Of a stretch of 64,000 nucleotides of DNA, positions 33,965 through 48,741 are shown one piece after another. The position numbers and the translations under genes were made by a program. The notes under the pieces are model-generated. The model saw only the letters and a program-made list of their open reading frames with translations, did not search any database and was not told the DNA's origin. Each line of letters opens with the position of its first letter. Position 1 is the first letter of the stretch. The stretch is from the NCBI RefSeq assembly GCF_009914755.1, contig NC_060927.1. One strand, 5' to 3'. Source of the DNA: the human T2T-CHM13v2.0 reference genome, Homo sapiens.

Positions 33965-33983
33965 CCAATTCGCTGTCTCCACG
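33965..33983 (+). promoter_or_regulatory. ER stress response element (ERSE-I), exact consensus
   Basis: CCAAT-TCGCTGTCT(9 nt)-CCACG; function inferred from motif only. Confidence 0.75.
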
Positions 33984-34057
33984 CATGAGGAGACGTGTAG
34001 GGGCCGGGTTCGGCCCTGGTGAACTCTCACCCGAGCGGTTTCTCTTTCCGGGACAAC

Positions 34058-34085
34058 ATGGCGCCGTCCACGCCGCTCTTGACAG
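34058..34085 (+). CDS. EIF2A: EIF2A exon 1 (MAPSTPLLT)
   Basis: CAACATGG Kozak context; GTGAGT donor; 28 nt; matches eIF2A N-terminus. Confidence 0.97.
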
Positions 34086-35772
34086 GTGAGTTCTGAAGAA
34101 GCGAGGGACTCTCTTTCTTCAGACTAGTTTCTTATTTTTGTCTTTGCCTTTGAGAACTACCCGAGGAGCCGGGGAGTCTGATCTGCCTTTTCTTGTGGCT
34201 TGCGGAAAGGCCAGACTGTTGGCTTTCTTGATATAGCGTGGCAATCGGAAGTGAAGTCTCCGCCTCTGGGCTTTCGTATTCCCCCTCCCTTTCACCCATC
34301 CATCATTCTTGCCTGCGGATTCATCTTCTACAGAAATAGAAGAAGGGGGAGAAAAACAATGTGCTAGTTGAATTTGTGACACATGGGTCTGCAATACTGG
34401 TGTTACACGGGCCCTTGTGAAGTCATTTAGGTCTACAATAAGAACAAAGACAAACATGAGTTAGTCCTCTAGAATGATCACGCACTTTAAATACACCTGG
34501 ACTTAAGTAATTCCAGATTCTGGCCTTCCTGCCTTAATGAGGTTTGTAGGACTGAATAGGGAGAGTGGAGCTGTAATGCAGGTTTCAAATGATGAAGGTG
34601 TGGTTGGGAGAGGGTGTAGCAGTGAGCATGATAGAGATATTCTAGCAACATTTGATTTTGAAATGGTTATGAGCATATTAGAAATAGAACATTAGAGGAC
34701 TCTTGAAATTTTGAAGCTAAAGACTGTAGTGTTGGAGGAGATAATAAACTTAGATTGGAAAATGCTGGGGAAGTTGCTTTACTAGGGTGTGGCTAAGAGT
34801 CTGCATATGAGTATTACGTAAGGAAAAGAGAGTCGGGAAGGAAAAGAAGGCTTTGGTTAAGTTCTGATAACTATATAGAAGGAAAAAGTCATTAAGAGAA
34901 AGGTTGTCTGCATTTAAGGAGGGAGGCTATTCCCTCCCTTCCCCCCCGCGAAAGGAACCTTAAAACATTTTTGCACTTTTTGCCAGTCTACATTTCTATT
35001 TTTACATTTTAAAATCTTTGTTATTAAGCGCCATGCCCACTGATGCTCAGTCTGTCTTCTGCAGTTTAGTCATCATTTATCAAACGCCGAGTATAATCTT
35101 CTAGATAATATACCAGGCAAAGACTGTTTAAAAGGCAAAGTTACATAATAAATTTTTTTTTAGGTTTGTAAAGGTAGCTTGTTATTCACAATTTTTAATA
35201 CTAAATGCTTATTTGAACTCTAATGAAAAAATTACATTCTAAAATCTGATAAATAACCCCTCCTTTAAAAATGCCTACAGTAGGTAGTTCCTCTCTGCTT
35301 ACAGGGTAGATTCCATCCTATGTAGCATAGTTATGTAACCATTTATAATCCTTGAATTGCTCTTGAGACTCATTTATTTCCTTGCCATCCCATCTTATTT
35401 GGTGCTCCATCAATACTGAACTGCTTCTGAGTCCCTTTGAACAACCTGTTTCTTCAGTCTAGTACTATCCTATGCCTCTTGTTGATTTGGCAAGCTCTTT
35501 TTCATCTGTTGAAATTAAAATTCATTTTAGATATCATTGCTCTGTGAAGCCTTTCGTCACTCTACCCAGATAGAGTCAGTCACTTCCTGGGCTATTTTTG
35601 TACCTGAAATATATTTGAAATTTTATTTCACTTACTAAGTAGGATAATTAGACATTCACTTGCCTTTCTCCCCTGCTAGACTGTGAGTCCTTCAATGTCA
35701 GCGACAGGGTCTTATTCATATCTGTCTTCTCAGTACTAGTGCAGTGCCTGGTAGACAATAGATACTCTAAAT

Positions 35773-35912
35773 CAGGGGTCCCCAACCCCCTGGGCCGGAC
35801 TGGTACTGGGCAAGCATTACCACTTGAGCTTCCCCTCCTGTCAGATCAGTGGGGGCATTAGAGCCTCATAAGAGCGCAAACCCTATTTTGAACTGTGCAT
35901 ACAAGAGATCTA
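35773..35912. mobile_element. MER1-type hAT fragment, preceded by an L2-like remnant (~35380-35770)
   Basis: caggggtccccaacccc terminus and cctcctgtcagatcag motif; L2 motif ctagactgtgag...cagtgcctgg. Confidence 0.7.
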
Positions 35913-36494
35913 GATTAGATTTGTCTGTTTAGACTATCCTTTTAAATTAATGAAGGATAGCCACTTTATAGTAAATTAACCAAGGATGACAATTGTCTTA
36001 CAGTGCTTAAAATCAGGGACTTTGTAAGAGCTTAAATGTTGTCTGTTCAGTCTACTCTTCATATTCTCATATTCTTAGAGGCCCAGAGAGATTAAGTGGT
36101 CCGATTCACACTGCAAATTGGCAGGATCAGGATTATACTTATTCAGATTGTTCAACTCTGTGGTCCATTTTTCTTTCACTAGAACAAACTGTTTAATCTT
36201 TTAAACATTCTCAGTGTACATATTTCATTCAACAATAGATTATTTTACTTCCAAAATCTTTTGTTAAATTTAGACTCGTGGGATTTTAGAGCTGTGAATA
36301 ATTTGCAGATTAGCCAGTAAATTTTGTTAACCCCAACTCTTAATTGGGAGTGACAAGCCAAAGCAGGTGAAAAAGGGATTTTTTTTTTTTAAACTCGTAT
36401 AACCTAAAAGCCTCAGTACTGCTAGATCCAGATACTCACATGGCTTCAGAAATCTGTTTTTCTTTCTTTCTTTCTTTCTTTTTTTTTTTTTTGA

Positions 36495-36818
<324 letters not shown>

Positions 36819-39615
36819 TAAATTCATCTTTAAACTGACATTCAACCAAATGCCCAGCTCCAAAGGAAAGAACACATTTTTGCCAGTAGTCTCAGCAAAA
36901 ATCTCAAGGCTAGCTGCCTTTGACTTTGCTTGGCTCACCTTTGTATCAGTCAACTTTTAATCATGTAGTCAGGACTAAATTATCTTCCCACTCCTCGATA
37001 CTCCTCAAAAGAAAATGAGCGCCTCCTAAAGAAGAGGAGCTGGTTGCTAGGCACATAAAACAGCAATGTCCATTACGTGAAATTCACATTGTCTAATCTG
37101 CTTGACCAGTTGAAGTCACAGAGATAATTTATTCAAAATTGAGTGATTTTCCTAAACTAATACATAGTTCAGTGAATGTAAGAGTTGGGAAAAGTATCGT
37201 ATTTTAAAGATGACTACACCCCTGCCATGGGATCCTTGTTTATTGAAGCCCTGTGTTTTTCTCTCTCTAACTCAGGCCTAGAGCAATAAATAGTATATGA
37301 ATGTCTAAAAAGGCTAGTAAGCTTGGAAAAGATTATGTAGATGTTTAATGTATTTCACACAGCTACTGTGTGAAACTGGCGTTTATTTGTTGTCTTAATG
37401 AAAAGAACTGCTTGCATTCTAGATTTTTCTTTCTGCTAGAACATATTGCCAATCCCATTTGATTGAAGAGGGAAATCACTAAAAACAGGGAATCACACAA
37501 ACTCAGAATACACTATATTAAGCTAACTACGCATTGTATTTAGTTTCACAGATACTTGTAACTAAAAAGGATTCCTTGTTAGAAAGTTACATGTAGAAAA
37601 AAATTGTTTCAGTATTGAGAAGTTTTTTAGTCCCTATTTATTTTTGCTTTTATTAGTTTAAAACAGTTTATGTTCTGTTATGGACCTGATTTTGTGTTTT
37701 TTTCTAATAAACTTTGTATCACAGCTTATCAGGAGTAAATTAAACTGTATATGCTTTTATTAAATTTATTTAATAGAAAAACTAATTAAATCTAGCAAGG
37801 CATCTTAGAAGTACAAAATGTCAGTTTGGGCCAGGTGGCTTACAGCTGTAATCCCAGCACTTTGGAAGGCTGAGGGAAGCAGATTGGATTGCTTGAGCTG
37901 AGGAGTTTAAGACCAGCCTAGGCAATGTAGTGAAACCTCGTCTCTACAAGAAATATAAAACTTAACATGGCTTGGTGGTGGGTGACATGATCATGGTTCA
38001 CTGTGGCCTTGACTTCCCAAGTCCAGGTGATCCTCCTGCCTCAGCCGTGCGAATAGCTGGGACTACAGGCATGTGCCACCGTGCCCAGCTAATTTTTGTA
38101 GAGACAGCATCTCCCTATGTTGCCCAGGCTGGTCTTGAATTCCTGGGCTCAAGCCATCTGCCTGCCTCGGCCTCCCAAAGTACTGGGATTACAGGTGTGA
38201 GCCACCACGCCTAGCCTGAGCCCTATTTTGTTTTCCAGCTTCATCATCCTCTAGCCACACAGGCCTTCTTTCCATCCCCTTGACGCTCTGTCGTTTTTCT
38301 TTCCATGGGGTTTTTGCACTTGTTAACTGTTCTCCTTGCTTGTTAACTGCCATTGATCCTTTACATCTCAGTATACAAAACACTTAAGGATGCTTTCCCT
38401 AACCTTCCATTTTTAGGTTAAAACTCTCTTTTATACCCTCAGTGGTACCATATACCTTTCCTTTGAAGGACTAAACACAGGTATATGATTCCGTATATTT
38501 GGCCAATTATTTGATTACTGTTTGCAAAGTTCAATGAGGTCAGAGACAAGGCTGATTTTCTTTCCTATTATTTCTCCAATGTTCAACACAGGGCCTAGGA
38601 GGTAGTTTGTTCGTTTTTTTCCCACTAAGCATTTGTTGACTAAATGAATCTATTTATTTGGTTCAGCTTTAGAAGCATTTAATTCAACCATTTAAAAAAG
38701 TATAGTCTAGGCTAGGTGCGGTGGCTCACACCTGTAATCTCAGCACTTTGAGAGGCTGAGGAGGGAGGATTGCCTTAGCCCAGGAGTTAGAGATCAGCCT
38801 GGGCAACAGTGAGACTCTGTCTCTACAAAAAAAAAAAAATAGCCAAGCAGGGTGGCACATGCCTGTAGTCCCAGCTACTTGGGAAACTGAGCCAGGAGCA
38901 TCACTTAAGTCCAGGAGTTTGAAGTTGCAGTGAGCCTTGATCATGCCACTGTACTCCAGCCTGGGTGACAGCAAGACCCTGTCTCAAAAAAATAAATAAA
39001 TTTAAACATAGAAATAAGAAGTATAGTCTAGTTCTGTAGATGATTATTTAATCTTGAACTTTGTTTCCACTTAATTTTTTAGGCTATTACTGTCATTGGG
39101 GCCTTAATAAATGAATATGTCTCATTCCACTTGTTCTCTTAGTTTGATAAATTGTGAATATATTAATATTGCCTTATATTTCTAAAAACTTTAAACATAT
39201 ACTTTTTTTATTACTTTATATAAAGCATACAGCTATCCTGTGTTCTGATATTTCCATTTTACAGATTAGGTCACAGATTCAGAGGTGGTAACGTATCCAA
39301 GGTTCCACAGGCAGTTATAAACTTAGGTCAGGCTCTGAATTCATGTCCTCTTTACCACAAGACAGCTGCCTTTCTTTCAGTGGTGACAAAGTTTCGAGTT
39401 TTATTTAAAAAGTTACGTATTTCTCAGCAATTATATGATTTTATGTAACAGAGTAAGAAAATATGCCCTTTTGTTGCTAATATTCTATAGTTCAATGAAA
39501 TATTTAATGATTTCATTAATATTTTGACTAAAGCTGCTTTTTTAAAAAAGACATTTGTGTTAACTGAGTCTTTATTAACAAAGTAATTGTGGTTCTTTTT
39601 ATTTTACTTCTTTAG

Positions 39616-39685
39616 TCCGAGGATCAGAAGGACTGTACATGGTGAATGGACCACCACATTTTACAGAAAGCACAGTGTTTCCAAG
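39616..39685 (+). CDS. EIF2A: EIF2A exon 2 (VRGSEGLYMVNGPPHFTESTVFPR)
   Basis: CTTTAG acceptor, GTATGA donor, 70 nt, frame continuous. Confidence 0.97.
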
Positions 39686-41730
39686 GTATGATTTATTTTG
39701 TTAAGTAATGTTATAGGGAACATACAGTACAATCTAAAATGGTTTTGTTGGTGGTGTATTTTGAACAAGAAAGGAAAAGAACAGATGAACTCATTTTTAT
39801 TGTATAATATTTACCGAAGATGAAAAGAATACATATTCTCTATCAAGGAAAATGATCTTCAGATCTGAAAATAGTAACTTAAGCCTATTTATAAGGTAGG
39901 GGGAACAATACTAAGAAAAAGTGTAGACACTAGTGTAATTGAATACAAGCCTTTATTTTACAAGAGTTGTATCTTAAGGAATGAGAAAAACTTGCAAATT
40001 TGATAGCCAAATCATGGCCAGTAATCTTAGTGAAATCATAATGAAAAAGATATTAAAAAGGGAGGACATATATATGCACATAGTATATAGCTAGCTAGAT
40101 TAATTTTTTTTTCCCCAAAGAAACAATGGACAAGTAAACCAAAAACTAGTTAAAAATGCTTATCTATAGGGGGAGAGAGTTACAGAATGCGGGGGAGAGA
40201 GTTACAGGATGCAGGGGACACATCTGTGAAAGAGCTTTGGTATAGTTTTGACTTTGGACCATATAATTGTTTTAAATTTAAAAATTAAATTAAAGGCTGG
40301 GCCCGGTGGCTCACGCCTGTAATCCCAGCACTATGGGAGGCCAAGGCAGGCCAGATCACCTGAGGTCAGGAGTTCAAGACCAGCCTGGCCAACATGGCAA
40401 AACCCCATCTCGGCTAAAAATACAAAAATTAGCCGGGTGTGGGGGCAGGCGCCTGTAATCCCAGCTACTCTACTCGGGAGGCTGATGCAGCAGAATCGCT
40501 TGAAACCCGGAGGTGGAGGTTGCAGTGAGCCAAAATCAGGGCATTGCACTCCAGCCTGGGCAAAAAGATGAGACTCCGTCTCAAAAAAAAAAAAAAAAAA
40601 AATTGGGAAACTAAAATAAGTGATTCTAGCTTTATATCAGGTTGGTGGCATAACCATGTGAAGACCTGCAAAATTCTTTTTTTTTGAGACTGAGTTTTGC
40701 CCTTGTTGCCCAGGCTAGAGTGCAGTGGTGCAATCTCGGCTTAATGCAACCTCTGCCCCCCAGGTTCAAGCGATTCTCCTGCCTCAGCCTCCCAAGTAGG
40801 TGGGATTACAGGTGCCTGCCACCATGCCTGGCTAATTTTTTTGTATTTGTAGTAGTGACAGAGTTTCACCGTGTTGGCCAGGCTAGTCTCAAACTCCTGA
40901 CCTCAGGTGATCCACCTGTCTCATCCTCCCAAAGTGCTGGGATTACAGACGTGAGCCACCATGCCTGGCCTAATAGTTTTCTTTTTAACTGAAAGTTGAT
41001 ATTGTCATTTGAATCTACTATAGGATAGAGTAAATTAATTGTATTAATGTTGTTAGGCACCAAGATTTTTCAGCATTAGAGTGAAAAGATAGACTTGCTT
41101 ATATCAGTATGAACTCATGATTTCCTTTCATAAAACATTTGCATTTCCTAGTTCTGGCCAATGAAAAGGCCTGGAAGCAGTGATAACACAGTAGCAGTGA
41201 ATACCCCATCCTCACAGATTGTGATCTCTAAATACAATTCTTCACTAAAAGGAACCACTTCCTTGGAGAAGTGGTCAACTCTAGGTCTGGGACAGAAAAT
41301 GTACAAGTTGAGGTAGCAACTTTTGTGCCAGAAAGCAAAGCTATAAAAGACTAATGAGATTTTGTTAAAGGGTCGTAGGAAGCAACTTGAAGAGATTCAC
41401 ACCAACCTAAGATGGGAACATTAAGAATTATGAATAGAAAGATAAAGCATGTCAAGTATATAAATGCTCCCCCGAAAAATCCCCCCTCCGTTTAAACCTA
41501 ACTGGTCAGCATTGGTGGTTGATGGAGTCCTCACTCATTACTTTGAAAATTGATAAATAAAGGGAAGGAGTCAAGCATTTATCTTGCCTTTCTTATACAA
41601 ACTGTTTCTCAGAGTAACCAAGTGGTTGATGAGAAAAAGAATTTTATAGACGAATTCCAGTTAATAAATGGAGAATGGATGCTGGATCAGACAATTACCA
41701 TTTTGTAATCCTCAAGAAATGGATCTAGGC

Positions 41731-41917
41731 CACTGGTTCTCAAACTTTACCAAGCATCAGAATCATCTGAAAAGCTCGTTAAAATCCAGATTGCAGCTCT
41801 CTTTCCAAATGTTCGGATTCATTAGATCAGCGGTAGGGCCCAATAATTTGCATTTTTAACAAATTCCCCAGTGATACTGATGCTGCAAATCTGGGGACCC
41901 CCCTTTAAGAACCACTG
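41731..41917. mobile_element. Full-length MER5A-type MITE
   Basis: 187 bp, termini CACTGGTTCT...AGAACCACTG, perfect 8-bp TSD ATCTAGGC at 41723-41730 and 41918-41925. Confidence 0.85.
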
Positions 41918-42187
41918 ATCTAGGCAGATGATCATCAAAAGATGCTGAAACCTTTAGCTGAACTGTTTGATGACTGTTAATGGGGAACTTTATAATCAGG
42001 CTGTTGTCATCTGACTCTACTGACCAATTTTTATTAGTCCCAGTTCTCTAGAACCTTGCTACAGGAAGCATGGGCCCAACCAAGACCAACTATATTGGCA
42101 TCACTCCTGAGCCAGTACAGAAATGCATCTCAGGCCCTACCCAACTTACTGAATCAGAATCTGTATTTTAGCTAGATCTTCAGATGA

Positions 42188-42835
<648 letters not shown>

Positions 42836-42852
42836 TGAGAAGCACTACTCTA

Positions 42853-42984
<132 letters not shown>

Positions 42985-45650
42985 TTAAAAAACAAAAAAC
43001 AAAAAAAAAACTATGGCAAAGTTATGTGCTACACTTCATTAGGGTATGCAGTCCCAAGGCTGCAGGAGTAGGGGAGAAAGGGAAATGAGACAGGGAAGGA
43101 GTTAAAGCAAGTATGATGGGATATACTGAGGTGACCACAAATCCACAAAATATAGCCAACTTGCTTGGTCATGTGTGCAAAATTTTTGTCTCCAGAAAGG
43201 CTGTATGGAACATTTGTACTTCAGAACAGTCTGTTGTGTGGAGACAGGGTAAGAAGTTTACTACAGCCTCTTAGCCTGTTTGGGTTGAATCTGAGTGCCA
43301 GAGCTCCTCCATGTGCTGCCGCAGTGCATGGTGGAAGCCATGTGGAAGTATGGCCCTTAACTCTGCAGATTCAAAGACAACCAGTGGCGTTAGGAGATGA
43401 GGTCTCTTCATTGAATAGTTGAGGCGTGGCAGCAGGAAGAGTTAGGTAGATACAAGGAGGCACATGACTGAATCCAGTACAATCTCAGTATCACTAAGAG
43501 TAGAACAGAGAGATATTTATGTGTCTCCTGGTGAGTTATTATACAGTAGGAACTGTGCTGTACATATCTTCTACGAAAGTTAAAAAAACTTCAAACTCAG
43601 AATTTAGTCAGTCTTTTACATGAGTAGTTCTCAAATGTGGCTGCACAATAGAATGACCTGGGGAGCTGTTAAAAAACCCAGATATCCAATCCAAGTATTG
43701 GGTATTAAATGATATTAAGAAGTTAATTTTGTGAGATGAAGTGGCATGGTGGTGATTATGTTTTTAAAAAAATATACTCACTGGTTAGAGATGCATAATC
43801 AAGTATAGAGCAATATGATAATGACATCTAGTTTTTGCGTTGGAATGTTGTGGCATGAAAGATAAAAGTGGGGAATAGATAAACAAAATTGGCTCTGAGT
43901 TAATAGTTACTTAAGCTTGATGATGAGTGCATAGGTGGATTATCATACTTTTTCTCTATTTTTTGTGTATGTTTGAAATTTTTCATTCAAAAAATTATAC
44001 CAGAAGGAAAGAGGCAAAATTTCCCAATTGCCAAGACCAAGAAAATAATCGAATTCTGGATTCTGTAGTTTAGTAAGTTTATAATCATTGCGATAAGGGG
44101 GTGTTTATTAAGTCAAAATGAGCTTCCTAAGAACAAATTGTTTCAAGCTTATCTCGTTTCCTTTCTGGGTAGAATTTCCAGACAGAATAATAGAATACAC
44201 ATTAGAATAATAGAACTGTAAACATAATTTTGGCAAAATATCTGAGAAATGAGAAAGTCTTTGGGTTGCATGATGATGACAGAATTGTCATTGGTTAAGG
44301 TCAGTAAAGTCAGCTGATTAATGAGTTAGTTTTAATTTGAGGGAAGGACTGTTGGTGAGCCACAGGATCTTGTTCAGAGCTCACTGAACAGTCTTATAAA
44401 TAATTTAGATGATAGCCTAGTAACAGTTTTATAATTTATATATTACATACTTCCGTATGTAATGTAAGGACTGACTAATGTTTTAAAAGAGAAAATCAAG
44501 ATTTAAGTAGGCCTCAGTAGGCTGAAATGATAGGCCAAAACCTGGGTGGAATTTAATAAAGATAATTGTAAAATTCTGCCGTAAGGTTCAGAAATGAGTT
44601 GCATAAGTGTAGGGTAGTATAGGATGGGGAACATCTTGATCATAGCTGTTTATGTGGGAAAGATTTTTTTTATTTTTATTTTTTTGTGTGGTGGAGTCTC
44701 ACTCTTTCGCCCAGGCTGGACAGTGGCGCAGGGGTTCACTGCAACCTCTGCCTCCTGGATTGAAGCAATTCTCCTGTCTCAGCGTCCTGAGTAGCTGGGA
44801 CTACAGGCGCCACCACCACACCTGGCTAATTTTTGAATTTTTATTAGAGACAGGGTTTCGCCATGTTGCCCAGCTGGTCTCGAACTCCCAACCTCAGGTG
44901 ATCCGCCTGCCTCGGCCTCCCAAACTGCTGGGATTACAGGTGTGAGCCATTGCACCATGAGAAAGAGATTTTAAAAATGTTTTATTATCTATAAACTGAG
45001 TGTAAGCTGTCATTATTGTGTGATTGCAGAAGCACAAATGTCATCTTCATTTGTGCAGATGAATTAATGCAAAGATAGTGTAAGGGATGTATCAGTCAGT
45101 TCTCAATGCTTTTGTTGTTATTTAGCAATTCAAATTATTTTTTAGCCAGGAAGTTCTCATCTCATGTTGTGACTACACTAATGTACATCTACATGTGCAC
45201 AGATACAAGTTTCTATTTGGGTATTCATTATCACTGGGTGATGTATTCATAGTAAACATCTTCACTTCGGGGATACAGTACTTAGAGTTTTGAATACTTG
45301 ATAGAATATTCCCAAGTAGTTAGGTGAAGAGCCTCTTATTTTTGTTATACTTTCTATCTCTACACATGAGAAATTGATGGAAGGCCTACCACACAAACTT
45401 ATTCACCCAAAAGGGCTCTATTTTTTTCTTAAAATCCATCTGTTAGTATGAAATCATTTTCCAGCTTACTTTACAGTGATAGCATTGCATTTTAAAGTAT
45501 TTTGGCAGATGAAAGCATTTTGGAATTTTCTGAAATTTGTGCAAGTTCTTAGTTATTAAATTGATAGTGAAATGGTTGACTTTATAATCAGATTTTTTTG
45601 AAAAGTATTAATGCTTATTCATTTAAACCTTTTTTTTTTGTCATTTTCAG

Positions 45651-45725
45651 GGAATCTGGGAAGAATTGCAAAGTCTGTATCTTTAGTAAGGATGGGACCT
45701 TGTTTGCCTGGGGCAATGGAGAAAA
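45651..45725 (+). CDS. EIF2A: EIF2A exon 3 (ESGKNCKVCIFSKDGTLFAWGNGEK)
   Basis: TTTTCAG acceptor, GTTAGT donor, 75 nt. Confidence 0.96.
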
Positions 45726-48543
45726 GTTAGTGTTCATTTACATAACATATTTTGTGTGTCACGAATATAAACACAACTGGCATTATTTGAATAACAGATA
45801 TTTGAGTGTCATTAATAAAATCCGTCTTTTAATGTCATGATGTAGTGAGATATTACCTCTCGTTACGCAAAATACCTTCAAAGTTGTTCATTTCTATGTA
45901 TATGCCATGACTTGTTTATCTAGTTACTTAGAATTAAAAATTAATATATGAAAAATATAATTTAATGCTAAAGAAGTTGAGTTGTTTTAAACAGTGCTCT
46001 AAGTTATTGGTTGGAGTTTCCTAAATCTGCAGTAACACTGAGAAAATAATTCTCTTTACTCATTTAATCCTAGATGTAGATACTTTTTTACCTTTGCTGT
46101 TAAATTACTAACAACTGCCTGCAGTTATTATTATTAGTCTTATGTATATAAAAGTGTATGTTATTCAAAAGAACGTTTAGTATAATATATGTTACATAAA
46201 ATACCAGTTTACAAAATTGGTCTTGCACAAAAAATTATGTTGATTAAATGCTTATATTTTATTAAGAAAACCAGTCCTTTTTAATTTTTCAAGAGTTACT
46301 ACAACATTTTATTTCATAGACCATGCAAATGCCCAAATATTTGTTGCTTGGCTTAAAGTTATCTACATTGTTCTAAACCACATATAATACTGTTAGGTTT
46401 TTCAAAGGGGAGAAACTGCATGCATTAGTTTGAAAAGTAAATTTTAAACATTGTTCTTTACAATGGTAATGTATTCAGAAGTGTTTAAACTACCCATTAA
46501 TACTTGCTTTTTAAAAATTGACTACTAAAGAGAACATGTTGAATTAGTTGATTCACCTTTTATGACTATAAGTAGCTGGCAGAATTAGCTTTTATAATTA
46601 AAAAAAATTGGTCTTTTATTCTTTTTCTTTTTTCAATTTTAATAGAGACAGGGTCTTGTTATGTTGATCAGGTTAGGCTCAAACTCCTGGCCCCAAGCAG
46701 TCCTCCTGCCTCGGCCTCCCGAAGTGTTGTGATTATAGGTGTTAGCCACTATGCCCAGCCCTTTTTTTTTTTTTTTTTTTTTTGAGACAGGGTCTCACTC
46801 TGTCACCCAGAGTGGCGTGATCTCAGCTCACAGCAACCTCCGCCTCCCAGGTTCAAGCGATTCGCCTGCCTCAGCCTCCCCAGTAGCTGAGACTACAGGC
46901 AGACAACACCACATCTGGTTAATTTTTGTATTTTTAGTAGAGATGGTGTTTCACCATGTTGGTCAGGCTGGTCTCTAACTCCTGACCTCAAGTGATCCAC
47001 CCGCTTTATTCAGCCTCCCAAAGTGCTAGGATTACAGGCATGAGCCACCTCACCCAGCCTGAATCTACTACTCTCAAATCATTAATAATATAATTATAAT
47101 GAGTCTTATCTACAATGTTAACAGTTTTAATCTCAGCCTCAAAAAGTAGGATGTGATCTCAAAATTTCTTACTCTTTTTTTGTGTAACCTATTGTGGGTA
47201 CTTAAATTTTATTTTTTAATCCATATTTTAGTTTGTAGTATTTGAGTAATGAATCAATAGAAATTTACTACCTAATGGGCTATACTATACTTCTTTTCAT
47301 TGTCTTTTTTTGTTTGTTTGTTTTTGAAGTATTCCTTGTTCTTCTAGCTTAGAGTTTGTTGAATAAGTCTGTTTTTACCTTGGCAGTTATTGTTAATAGT
47401 TCACTCATATCCACACTTAACCTTCTATGGGATTCAACTCTGAATCTTTTTAGTATGTCCCCATATGTCATGTCCATGATTTTAATAGATATCTTCTATA
47501 TTAAGTTCTAGCATTTATTTCATTAAAGTGCTGTGACCACAATGGTACTTATTGTTCTGGGGCAAGAGAACTAGATTTCATGTATTGATTGTGGTCTTTG
47601 TTCAGTTTCTGGTTAACTAAGTCAGAAACCGTTACTGATTCTTCCTTAAATATGTTTTTTCTTAATTAAAATAAACATCCTTCATTAAACTAAGAATAAC
47701 TCTTAAAGACCATCAATTCTGAGTAGGCTCCAGTTGCAAAGCAAAGAAAAAAATAAAGGTTAACAACAGCAACAAGAAGAAAACAAGAAAGCGTCTTGTA
47801 ATTCTAAAATAGGTTATTTGCAGCAAGTTGTAAAGATTTCCATGTTAGGTGTGTGTGTTTAAATACTATGTGGTAATTTTTCATTCTTTTCAGTGACTGC
47901 TTATCTTAACCTCAGTTATCTTCCTCAAACCTGAGTAGAACAAAGTTACTTACAGCAACTTCTGGAATAAGATGGAGAGTCTTTTTTTTTTTTTTTTTTT
48001 GTTAAACACCCCAGAGTGTTTAGTACATAACAGTAAGTCAGGCCAAACTGATTTCAAAGCTTGGCTGTGGCATTTATCAATAGTATGATCTTGAGCAAAT
48101 CGTCAAATCATTTTATTTTTCTAAGCCTAAATTTCAGCACTTGTAAAACAGAAATGATGACATTTGTAAGATTGTTGTAAGGATTAAATGAGAAAATGTA
48201 CATAAAGTGGTTAGGTACATAGAAAACATCCCAAAATGGAACTGCTTTTATCATACAATTATTGTCATTTTTGTCATTGTACCATAATAATTCTTAGAAT
48301 CATATCTTTTAGAGATTGCTCTTGAGATTGTAGTAGACATCAAATGTCTCCTTACTGATTTCCCTAGCTGCTATAGCTTCTATTTATTTAAAAAAAAATT
48401 TTTTTTTAATTGAGATGGGATCTTGCTATGTTGCCCGGGCTGGTTTTGAACTCCTGGGCTCAAGCAGTCCTCCCACCTCAGCCTCCCAACATGCTGGGAT
48501 TACAGGTGTGAGCCACTGCACCTGGCCCATTTATTCAAATTTA

Positions 48544-48741
<198 letters not shown>

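Noticed and set aside
40169-40212. 22-bp tandem duplication gggggagagagttacag(a/g)atgc
   Set aside because: Simple slippage within an old repeat remnant; no functional hint
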